Source of the DNA: Candidatus Saccharimonadales bacterium
GTDB lineage: Bacteria; Patescibacteriota; Saccharimonadia; Saccharimonadales; 2-12-FULL-41-12
Assembly: GCA_051005235.1 (NCBI GenBank)
Contig: JBPCJO010000075.1
Location: 9,350 to 33,349 of the forward strand
DNA: 24,000 bases
Reading direction: 5' to 3'
Below the pieces are notes generated by a model. That model was not told the origin of the DNA. It saw nothing but the letters and a program-made list of their open reading frames with translations, and made no database searches. Position 1 is the stretch's first letter; every line of letters begins with the position of its first letter. Shown piece after piece: positions 16,777 to 24,000 of the stretch. The position numbers and the translations under genes were made by a program.

Positions 16777-17813
16777 TCGTTGCGCTCCGCCAAGCCGGTC
16801 GCCACACCAAAGTGATTAGACAAGGCCATCAGCTCGTTTTGACGAGGTAGATCGTACTGGATATTACGCCAGGCATTGCCAATTTCGACATTAATACCAA
16901 ATTTATTGGCAATATACAATGGAAACTCCGGTAGAGACGACGCGCCGCCAGTCATAATAATGCGGTTGAGTTTAACCCCTTCGTAACGGGATTCAAAAAA
17001 CTTGATCGATTTATCGATGTCTGTCATTAACAGATTAACGGTATTCACAATCGCCTGGTAAACCTGGCCTTCTAGCTTTTGTTGACTTAAGCCGAATTTA
17101 AAAACAAATTCCTGGGCCTGCTTTTCGTCTATATTAAGGTTTTGCATGGCAGATCGGATTATCGTCTCTGAGCCTGTCGGAATGGCCCGAGTTAAGTGCG
17201 ATACACCGTTCATGGCAATAACAATGTCGGTGCTTTTGCTGCCAATATCGATAATCATGTTGGGCGACGCGTCGTCAGGGGCGATCATAGAACGCACCAA
17301 TGCAAGGTTGTCTGGCTCAAAGGCAATAACGTTTAAGCCAATCGACTCTATGAGGTCGAGTCGCGGCTCGATAAAATCGTTTGAGACACTAGAAATTAGT
17401 ATTTCTAGCTTATTTGGGCTCTTTGGCGAGTCGCCAATAACTGCCCAGTCAATTTTTGATTCGGCGATCGGCGTTGGGATCAACCCGTCAGCTTGGTACC
17501 GTATGGTTTTGGCCAACTCTTTTAATGGTATCCGTTCGATGTCGACAACGGTGGTAAAAACACGCGAAGACGGGATTCCTACCACTACGTCTTTTGTCGT
17601 TATCTGGGCGCTTGCCAGCATTTCTTTGATGCTTTGCATCAATTTTAGCTGATCTGACTTAGAATCACTGAGGGCAACTTTAGCATCGACTGGTGAAATG
17701 GCATATTTCATCAGTTGCTTTGACTTTGGACTGTTCGTTACCTGGACGGCGCGCACAGCGCTGCTACCTATATCCAGGCTAAAGAATTCCGATACCCCAC
17801 TCAGTAAACTCAT
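16773..17813 (-). CDS. pilM: PilM (actin-like ATPase fold) pilus assembly protein
   Basis: 346 aa. Motifs are SLDIGSSAVRAVQV, IIDIGSKSTDIVI and IIMTGGASSLPEFPLYI, typical of the PilM/FtsA-like fold. Confidence 0.88.
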   Translation of the reverse strand: MSLLSGVSEFFSLDIGSSAVRAVQVTNSPKSKQLMKYAISPVDAKVALSDSKSDQLKLMQSIKEMLASAQITTKDVVVGIPSSRVFTTVVDIERIPLKELAKTIRYQADGLIPTPIAESKIDWAVIGDSPKSPNKLEILISSVSNDFIEPRLDLIESIGLNVIAFEPDNLALVRSMIAPDDASPNMIIDIGSKSTDIVIAMNGVSHLTRAIPTGSETIIRSAMQNLNIDEKQAQEFVFKFGLSQQKLEGQVYQAIVNTVNLLMTDIDKSIKFFESRYEGVKLNRIIMTGGASSLPEFPLYIANKFGINVEIGNAWRNIQYDLPRQNELMALSNHFGVATGLAERNE

Positions 17814-17884
17814 TCTTGTAGTTTATATCCGTTTATTTTTATACATGATTATATCTTCTTGAACTTAGTATAGCATAAGTGTTT

Positions 17885-20800
17885 TTAAAGGATAGGTGGT
17901 AATGTGACAATATACTCGTACTTATTGCCGGTCTGGCTACCTAAGGCCCGGAAGATAGACTGATCACCGTATTGCCCTAGCAGTACCTCAGGTGTTAAGC
18001 GCAAAGCTTCGCCAGCTTTTGTCTCGTTGGTACTGCCGCCGCTAGTATCAAATGTCTCACGCGGGGTGTAAAAGCGATTACTACCGCTACCGGCGTAGGT
18101 TATGTCACGCAGGGTACCTTTAATACGATAGAACTTAAGGTGTTCGGCAACCAACAAGCCGTCAACTTTAAGTTGTTTTTGAGAGCACTTAGCCAGCAAT
18201 ATAGCCTTATCGCCCGGGTTACCAAGATCAAGCGGCCTACCGCTATCGGTACAGGTATGAATCGTGCCGCCCTGGCTAATATACAGCCCGTCCAGCTGCG
18301 CAACGGTATCCGAGATGTAAATATCCCCCTTAACTACCAACGCAAAGGCCGGAATATCGTTGATTGTACCGCCACCGGCTGGTCCGTATTTTATATCCCC
18401 ACTGATTACAACGTCGCCCTCGGCGTAAATAGCGTGCCGTCCGGTAAATGCCGGGTTGCCAGCAAGCGTACCGCCGCCGCCATAGGACTGGTTATTGTTT
18501 TTTGGAGAACTATAACTTAGCCCGCCGCCGCCGGCTTTTGTTTCGCGTTTAATCGTTTCGTCAAAGTATTTTGGCTGGCCACCGGCCCGCAAGGTTCCGG
18601 TTAGCTTTAGGCCGTCGGCCGACTGCGGTTTACTTGCGACCGCAGGATTAGCCCCAGAGAAAGCATTTCTAAAGAAAGCACTGGCAAAGTCGATCGGCGA
18701 GGTACCGCTAATGGCGGCAAACTCTACGCCAGAACCAGCCCCTTGGTCGGGGTTCGCCATAAAGCCCCTAATTGGCCCGTTTGAAATAACATCGCCACCG
18801 TACGCCCGCATAAACGGTGTATCTATAATCTGGCCGCACCGTACATCATACAAAGGATAGGTTGTCGGTTCACTAGTATTCTTAACTGGGCTAAGTACAC
18901 GTTGACCACCAGGATAAGGCAGCCCGTTTGTCCAACCTTCGTTGTAGTCTATGTCGATACGGCCACAGAACTGGTCACCCATGCTCCAGGTGTCGCCCGG
19001 GCGAAACTCATTTGGCTTGGCCGGATTATTGATCCGGTTCCAGATTCTTTGCCAGGTATTGCTGCCATTCAAACCGCCGGCCGCATCTTTACCGGTGTTA
19101 TTAATTACATCAGAATCAAGCGGTGGCCCCTTAAGCGTGACGGCATCTGATGGCGGTGGCTCATGCTTAAAGTAATTAAGCTGATTCTTACCCTTTACCA
19201 ATATTGGGATATTAAAATACTGTATGGTCGGATCCGGCGGATACGCGCCCAGCTTGGACTCTGTTTTGGTATCGTACTCTATACTCAATGGGTCTTCATT
19301 ATTTGGTTTTGGTTCTACTCTGGTTACCAAAGGTTTAATCTTAAACGGCTGGTACACGTCAATGGCAATGGTACAGGGCGCACCTATCGAGAACAGGCCG
19401 TAGTAGTCCGGATACACTGTTACGGTGTGGCGACCGGCGGTAGCGGGTGCGTTAAACGTCATAGTGCCATTAACCGAAGATCCAAGCCCAACCGTCTGCC
19501 CAACCGCAAAGTATGGTGGCGTGCTTGGGAAGGTTCCTGCCGTCGCGCCGGCTGTGGTCAGCGTGAGTGGTGCCCCCGACACATTAGAGTAGAGTGGGTT
19601 TCGGTCCCCCGGACCAGTGTTAGTTAGAGTATAGTTAACGTTAAATTGCTTAGTCGCAACTACCCCTTCGCTTGGTGAGGAGCCCGGAATAGTACCAGCC
19701 GGACTGGCCGTAAACGAGTTAAGGCTGCAAGCACCGTTATAGCACGGCCCAACGTCTCGGTTAACACCGTATGTAAAAGAACCGTCAGAGTAAGGGGGCC
19801 ACCGACCCGACTCACCTATATCTTTAACTCTCAAGCCAGCCCGCCAACCATTATTTGGAGCGCTTTCTGCTGGAAAGTCACCCAAGGTTATAGTGCCAGA
19901 ACCTCTGCCCGAATAGGTAGTTGCTTTGCCCGGATCTTTGTCTTGGTATAGGATTAGTTCGTAATAAAGCCCTTGGCCTTGGTCATCATTGTCCGAGATA
20001 GTAAACGTCACCTGAGAACACGTTAGCGAATTAATAGAAAAGCTCGGTGGACTGTTGATACAATCAAGCGATTGGGTATAACTGGACTCGCTAGTTTGGT
20101 TACTATACGTCCCCGTCTTCGCGTCATAATTTTGGTAGGTTTTAATAAAGAACGTCCGGGTGCCTTTACCAGGTGGGTACTGGCCAAAATAGCTCCCCCC
20201 ATTTATACCAAATATGTAACTGCCGCTCGAGGGAGTACCTCCACTCTGACCAATCCTGTTAGCGTCGGATATACTATCAATAAACACGCTCCAGTAACGG
20301 CCAGGTGTTACATTACCCCAGATTGCATCACAGTTTATATTTATGTTGGCGTTACCGGTTACAGTCGGGGGAGGTGGTGTGTAGTTCTTTTGATACTTAA
20401 TAATAATCCAGTAATCTTGGTTGTTCGCTAAGCCAGGTTTAATATTTGGATAACCAGGATTGAGATATATATCGTTTTCACTGGCATCATACTTATGCTT
20501 TTGATAGAACACACCTATTCTCTTATAGCCAGCCGGTTCATCAGCTATCGAAAATTCTACAGGAGTGTTCCAGCAACTATCATGAAATGTTCTGTCGGTA
20601 TTATTTTCTCCGCTACGACTCCAACTCCCTGCGGTAATATTGCCGCCACTATCGCTCAGCATATAGAAAGATCCTGCCGCGCCGCAAGTAGTAGCAGGAG
20701 TATATACGTCGCCTACGTGAGGCGGGTCATCTCTTGTGTATGACTTATTCGGGTCTCTGTAAGCTTTGACTTTAGCACCGGATATACTTGCGCCATTATC

Positions 20801-21994
20801 GCTGTTGATCGCTTGGAGAGTTACGGTGTAAGAGTGGTCAAGACATGTTTGGTCAGATACAGCTGCTTGCGCTTTTTTAAGGCCGGGAGAAGTTGCATAT
20901 CTAATTACTGTATCAGCAAACTTTGAAGCATTTTTTGAAACGCTCTGTTTATCAATTTTAAGTCTATTATTAGTATAGTCATTTTTGTATTTTGTCAGGA
21001 AGGCATCCCAAGAATCATAAGTTCCATTATTAATGCTATCGACTCGAACAATCATAAATGCTCCAGTTTTTGACACAAAAATACCAGTGTTATCGCCAAC
21101 ATTTTTTAGTTCATTAATCTTATCGGTAGTAGTAAACGGTTCGCCTATATTACCCCTAATCCATCTAGTTTCATCGATGTCATTATATCTAGTAACGCCT
21201 TTCTGATAATCTTTTTGGACATTTACTGCAAGCGTAGCTTGCCCTATATATAAGCCCAAGTCTCGAGCTATCTCTGCATCGGTTGATTTTTCACCAAATA
21301 ATTCTTCGTACCAAATTGTGTCGGCAATCTTTGCTATATCTTCTTTTGAGGCACCTGCGGCGACTAACGGAAGTACTTCTTTCTCAAGTCTTGTCTTTGC
21401 CTTGTCGTACTCAGCTTGCACTTGATCCTGTGGCAAGTTTCTAAAGTACGGCGAGTCTAGAACAATATTTACCTCTAAAAGATTCATTTTTCTTACAAGT
21501 TTGTCTGTTAGTTTTGCCTGCAATGCTCGATTCTCTGCGTAAACAAGATTTATTTTATTATTAGGCGCTCTTAAGTCACTAAAATAAGCTTTTCTTTCGT
21601 CTTCAGTTTCAAATTTTCTATCAGCTGCGAGAGCAATGTCATCGTCAGTAATTGATATACCGTTATTTTGGGCTTCCAGCTTTAATGCGGCGTTCATAAT
21701 TAATGAGTCGATTGCAAATTGCCTATTGTCTTCGCTAAATGAGCTGTCAGGATTTGCGGCAATAAAATCATTTAATAATTTTTCATAGGTGTCTATGTCA
21801 GACTTTGTAATTTTGTTGTCACCAATTTTTATATCAGCCGTATTAGTTTTTATATATGCAAAAATACCACCACAGATGATTAAAGAAATAAAGATAAAGG
21901 CAACTATAGTTGACTTGGATTTTCGTTTGCTTATCCGGGTTCGCAACAAAGATATCTTATTGCTATGTATTTTCGTACTTATTTTTTTTATCAT
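17885..21994 (-). CDS. Giant membrane-anchored surface protein: N-terminal SurA_N/degenerate-parvulin-like module plus about 1000 aa of Ig-like (CARDB/carboxypeptidase-regulatory-like) and beta-rich domains
   Basis: A single uninterrupted 1369-aa ORF with an ATG start. It has a basic N-terminus and a TM anchor (IVAFIFISLIICGGIFAYI). AIDSLIMNAALKLEAQNNGISITDDDI resembles SurA_N. GIFVSKTGAFMIVRV resembles the end of a parvulin domain. YTVTLQAINSDNGASISGAKVKAY and FNVNYTLTNTGPG...GTMTFNAPATAGRHTVTV look like Ig-type folds. It lies 71 bp upstream of pilM on the same strand. Confidence 0.85.
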   Translation of the reverse strand: MIKKISTKIHSNKISLLRTRISKRKSKSTIVAFIFISLIICGGIFAYIKTNTADIKIGDNKITKSDIDTYEKLLNDFIAANPDSSFSEDNRQFAIDSLIMNAALKLEAQNNGISITDDDIALAADRKFETEDERKAYFSDLRAPNNKINLVYAENRALQAKLTDKLVRKMNLLEVNIVLDSPYFRNLPQDQVQAEYDKAKTRLEKEVLPLVAAGASKEDIAKIADTIWYEELFGEKSTDAEIARDLGLYIGQATLAVNVQKDYQKGVTRYNDIDETRWIRGNIGEPFTTTDKINELKNVGDNTGIFVSKTGAFMIVRVDSINNGTYDSWDAFLTKYKNDYTNNRLKIDKQSVSKNASKFADTVIRYATSPGLKKAQAAVSDQTCLDHSYTVTLQAINSDNGASISGAKVKAYRDPNKSYTRDDPPHVGDVYTPATTCGAAGSFYMLSDSGGNITAGSWSRSGENNTDRTFHDSCWNTPVEFSIADEPAGYKRIGVFYQKHKYDASENDIYLNPGYPNIKPGLANNQDYWIIIKYQKNYTPPPPTVTGNANININCDAIWGNVTPGRYWSVFIDSISDANRIGQSGGTPSSGSYIFGINGGSYFGQYPPGKGTRTFFIKTYQNYDAKTGTYSNQTSESSYTQSLDCINSPPSFSINSLTCSQVTFTISDNDDQGQGLYYELILYQDKDPGKATTYSGRGSGTITLGDFPAESAPNNGWRAGLRVKDIGESGRWPPYSDGSFTYGVNRDVGPCYNGACSLNSFTASPAGTIPGSSPSEGVVATKQFNVNYTLTNTGPGDRNPLYSNVSGAPLTLTTAGATAGTFPSTPPYFAVGQTVGLGSSVNGTMTFNAPATAGRHTVTVYPDYYGLFSIGAPCTIAIDVYQPFKIKPLVTRVEPKPNNEDPLSIEYDTKTESKLGAYPPDPTIQYFNIPILVKGKNQLNYFKHEPPPSDAVTLKGPPLDSDVINNTGKDAAGGLNGSNTWQRIWNRINNPAKPNEFRPGDTWSMGDQFCGRIDIDYNEGWTNGLPYPGGQRVLSPVKNTSEPTTYPLYDVRCGQIIDTPFMRAYGGDVISNGPIRGFMANPDQGAGSGVEFAAISGTSPIDFASAFFRNAFSGANPAVASKPQSADGLKLTGTLRAGGQPKYFDETIKRETKAGGGGLSYSSPKNNNQSYGGGGTLAGNPAFTGRHAIYAEGDVVISGDIKYGPAGGGTINDIPAFALVVKGDIYISDTVAQLDGLYISQGGTIHTCTDSGRPLDLGNPGDKAILLAKCSQKQLKVDGLLVAEHLKFYRIKGTLRDITYAGSGSNRFYTPRETFDTSGGSTNETKAGEALRLTPEVLLGQYGDQSIFRALGSQTGNKYEYIVTLPPIL

Positions 21995-22024
21995 TTCAAT
22001 GATAGACCATTTTAAAAATTATGA

Positions 22025-22057
22025 AACTTATGTTTATTGTACAGAACTTATGTTTAT
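22025..22057. repeat. 13-bp direct repeat AACTTATGTTTAT x2 with a 20-bp period
   Basis: Exact copies at 22025-22037 and 22045-22057. They lie in the about 20% G+C divergent region between the giant gene (ATG at 21994) and the 22174 ORF. Confidence 0.85.
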
Positions 22058-22095
22058 AATCCAATTAAAAATAGTTTGACATATTAATCATATGA

Positions 22096-22124
22096 TTGAC
22101 TCAATCTTATTATTTATGTACAAT
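22096..22124 (+). promoter_or_regulatory. Sigma-70-like promoter (TTGACT-17 nt-TACAAT)
   Basis: TTGACT is at 22096-22101 and TACAAT at 22119-22124, with an exact 17-nt spacer. It lies about 50 nt upstream of the ATG at 22174, which has TGAGGT 7 nt upstream. Confidence 0.5.
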
Positions 22125-22173
22125 CTTACATTACAAGATATGCAAATTTATAATTGAAAATGAGGTATTTAGT

Positions 22174-22812
22174 ATGAGTGAACACGAAGTTTTAAATCAG
22201 CCAAGCACAAATCCAGACATTATGGATCAAGCGGCTGACTTTGACAGGTTAAATTCAGTAAGACAATATGGCGCAGTCGCTTTGGCTACGGTCAGTCTAG
22301 CTGCTGCAGGAGTTGTAGCCATGGTCGCTGATAAGTTTGGTGGTGCGCCAGAGACTGCTCAAGCTCATACCCCAAACTTACCTTCTCAAGAACGTTATAT
22401 AGCAACAGGAGCTTCAGATATATGCGCAGTTCGGGGAACCGCTCGCGCAGTTCAAATTAGCACCCCTAGATACCATGGCTCTAATAGATTAAGATACCTT
22501 AATTTTAAAGTTCTTACGGTCAAAAACTGCAGTACGAAAGGTAAGCGTAGCGTAAAATCCGAAATACAGGTTAAGCCTAATCCTGAATCAGAATATGACA
22601 ACAATTCGCATTCCGCGTATTTCATGACTACTAATAGTAAAAAGTCGATCAGTCGTAAATATAATCTTGTTTTCCAAAAATGCGGTCAACGTAATTTTGA
22701 CGATAATACGGTATTGTTAAGAGGTGCAGTCACAAACACTTGGATATCAAAGAATGGCACTAGGACTGTAGGCGCAACGGCATACAGCAAACCCATAAAT
22801 CTTTGCGGTTAG
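22174..22812 (+). CDS. Hypothetical membrane-anchored extracytoplasmic protein with four Cys
   Basis: The ORF track starts at TTG 22096. That codon lies inside the predicted promoter, so I use the in-frame ATG at 22174, which has a ribosome-binding site. The product is MSEHEVLNQPS..., with TM helix YGAVALATVSLAAAGVVAMVA and a ~155-aa domain. I recognise no family. Confidence 0.62.
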   Translation: MSEHEVLNQPSTNPDIMDQAADFDRLNSVRQYGAVALATVSLAAAGVVAMVADKFGGAPETAQAHTPNLPSQERYIATGASDICAVRGTARAVQISTPRYHGSNRLRYLNFKVLTVKNCSTKGKRSVKSEIQVKPNPESEYDNNSHSAYFMTTNSKKSISRKYNLVFQKCGQRNFDDNTVLLRGAVTNTWISKNGTRTVGATAYSKPINLCG

Positions 22813-22837
22813 ACTTTACTTAAATAACCACTCTACC

Positions 22838-23491
22838 CTACCAACTCAACGATATATTCTTCATAGTCTCCACAACCTCGTCGTGTCCTGGCATGGCGTT
22901 GTCTTCGTAGTAGTGTTTGAGCGGAAAATCTGACTGGATGACGTCTAGGCAGTAGAAGTCGCTGGCCATGATGCGGATGCGGTCCATTACGTCGGCGTTG
23001 CACAGCGAAGTAGCGACAACAATGCGTTTGGTTAAAATCGGTTTAAGAAAATCGCTGGCGACGTCGAGCGACAGGCCATTGGCAATACCGTCGGACACCA
23101 CAATAATGACGTGGCGTTTAAGCAACTGCTTATCGATAATGCCGTCTTTGCTAACGATACGATTTAACTTCTGAAAGGTTTCGAGGCGTAGCTGATCAAT
23201 CATTGGACGCGAATCGGTGGTTATTTCTTCCAGGTCGGCCGCCGACAGACTGTGATTATAGGTAAACGTACCGGCCGAGCTCATGGCAGCTAGCGGCTGG
23301 AGCTCTCGTGGTAAGGTTACATCTTCGATAACCAGCAAAAAAAGCGAGGCATGAATTGCCTTGGCAATTTCAGCACCAACTTGCACCCCACCCTCACTCA
23401 GCGCCACAACCGCACAGTTCTGGTTTTTATACTCTGTCATCTGATCTGCAAGTAACTGGCCAGCCTCTGCCCTGTTTTTAAAGTAACGCAT
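22838..23491 (-). CDS. Phosphoribosyltransferase-family protein (COG1926-like) with a degenerate PRPP motif
   Basis: The ORF track gives a TTG start at 23521. The in-frame ATG at 23491 gives MRYFKNRAEAGQLLADQM, the typical N-terminus of this family. The PRPP-loop-like segment is HVIIVVSDGIANGLS. Confidence 0.7.
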   Translation of the reverse strand: MRYFKNRAEAGQLLADQMTEYKNQNCAVVALSEGGVQVGAEIAKAIHASLFLLVIEDVTLPRELQPLAAMSSAGTFTYNHSLSAADLEEITTDSRPMIDQLRLETFQKLNRIVSKDGIIDKQLLKRHVIIVVSDGIANGLSLDVASDFLKPILTKRIVVATSLCNADVMDRIRIMASDFYCLDVIQSDFPLKHYYEDNAMPGHDEVVETMKNISLSW

Positions 23492-23565
23492 AGTACTAAT
23501 TAGTGTATCACTTGGGTACAATTATGGCTTTAGCTTAGATATCTTCAAATAATATGCTAAAGCTG

Positions 23566-24000
23566 CTATTTATTTAACTCGTGCCCGCCAAACTTGTTGC
23601 GCATGGCGGCCAGCAAGCGGGTGGCAAAGTTCACTTCGCCTTTTTGCGAGGCCAGACGGACGTCGAAAGAGGCTTCGATGGCTGGTAGCGGAATGCTCAT
23701 TTCGCGGGCTACCTCAATCGTCCAGCGGGCTTCGCCCGATTCGGCCACAAAACCGTCAACACCTTTGAGGGTTGGATTTTCAGCAATGGCTGCCTGGGTC
23801 AGCTCGTTAAGCCACGACGTAACCACGCTGCCGTGCTGCCAGACTTCGCCGGCGGCCGCTAAGTCTAAGCCGTCAAACGGACCTTCGCTTAGCATGCGGT
23901 AGCCTTCGGCCAGCGACTCCATCATGCCGTATTCAATGGCGTTGTGGACCATTTTGACGTAGTGGCCAGAGCCGGCCGGGCCGAAGTGCTGGTAGGCACC
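23566..24000 (-). CDS. gnd: 6-phosphogluconate dehydrogenase (decarboxylating), short Gnd/YqeC-like form; the 5' end is outside the window
   Basis: The frame stays open to position 24000, reading ...GAYQHFGPAGSGHYVKMVHNAIEYGMMESLAEGY... Further motifs are WQHGSVVTSWL and ESGEARWT, and it ends RNKFGGHELNK. This is the characteristic 6PGDH C-terminal domain. Confidence 0.85.
   Translation of the reverse strand, partial: GAYQHFGPAGSGHYVKMVHNAIEYGMMESLAEGYRMLSEGPFDGLDLAAAGEVWQHGSVVTSWLNELTQAAIAENPTLKGVDGFVAESGEARWTIEVAREMSIPLPAIEASFDVRLASQKGEVNFATRLLAAMRNKFGGHELNK

Noticed and set aside
1397-17880. Recurrent short motif TTATGCTTA / CTTATGCT (for example 1397, 1431, about 7596, about 10383, about 17868)
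   Set aside because: It is only 8-9 bp and AT-rich. Several copies fall inside coding sequence or at start and stop codons (the pilD ends). This frequency is expected by chance without statistics.
17146-20743. Plus-strand ORFs of 67-168 aa (17146-17652, 18140-18520, 18902-19175, 19163-19627, 20072-20431, 20495-20743)
   Set aside because: They are antisense to pilM and the 1369-aa ORF, which have coherent domain content. They have no ribosome-binding sites or recognisable motifs.
17885-21994. The giant protein as a PilQ-type secretin or a PilY1 homologue
   Set aside because: It has an N-terminal membrane anchor and Ig-like domains. I could not recognise a secretin C-domain or a PilY1 beta-propeller signature by eye. 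This needs a profile search, so I make no such call.
22096-22173. TTG start at 22096 for the 238-aa ORF, and TTG start at 23521 for the phosphoribosyltransferase ORF
   Set aside because: - **22096:** It lies inside the predicted -35 box, and the added 26 residues (MTQSYYLCTILHYKICKF...) look non-coding. ATG 22174 has a ribosome-binding site.
- **23521:** ATG 23491 yields the family-typical N-terminus MRYFKNRAEAG.
23524-23565. Inverted repeat GCTTTAGC...GCTAAAGC after the gnd stop, considered as a terminator
   Set aside because: It has an 8-bp AT-rich stem with a ~21-nt loop and no U-tract on the minus strand. That is too weak to call.
1-24000. Alternative genetic code (UGA recoding, as in some CPR lineages)
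   Set aside because: TGA serves as the stop in three ATGA start/stop overlaps (8271-8276, 15356-15359, 16773-16776). All conserved proteins are full length under the standard code.
1-24000. CRISPR arrays, rRNA genes, IS elements or transposases
   Set aside because: - There are no regularly spaced repeats of 25-40 bp.
- There are no transposase-like ORFs or terminal inverted repeats.
- The only repeats are short intergenic motifs and intragenic protein repeats.

Overview
This looks like a chromosomal segment from a small-genome, monoderm-type bacterium. My guess is Patescibacteria/CPR, Saccharibacteria-like, and that is inference only. G+C is about 50%. The genetic code is standard: TGA acts as a stop inside three ATGA start/stop overlaps.

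An ~11.3 kb minus-strand type IV pilus (T4P) locus (6514-17813) dominates the window. Its order is pilM-pilN-pilO-small ORF-pilB-pilT-pilC-pilA-pilD, followed by three pilin-like genes and a PilX_N-like gene. I see no secretin.

A 1369-aa membrane-anchored giant gene (17885-21994) sits directly upstream on the same strand. Its AT-rich 5' third encodes a SurA_N/parvulin-like module. The rest encodes Ig-like, beta-rich extracellular domains.

The left part of the window holds:
- a partial PrsA/PpiC-like foldase
- a bacterial PH-domain membrane protein
- two adjacent paralogous secreted Asn/Ser/Gly-rich repeat proteins, one short and one long with a C-terminal anchor
- tRNA-Arg(CCU)
- ndk
- a Xer-type tyrosine recombinase preceded by a cluster of four 13-bp inverted motifs

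The right end holds an orphan membrane-anchored Cys-containing protein, a phosphoribosyltransferase-family protein and the 3' part of a short-form 6-phosphogluconate dehydrogenase.

The most interesting candidates are the giant fusion protein at the head of the pilus operon, the short/long repeat-protein pair, and the dif-like palindrome next to the recombinase. I found no CRISPR array, rRNA or obvious mobile element.
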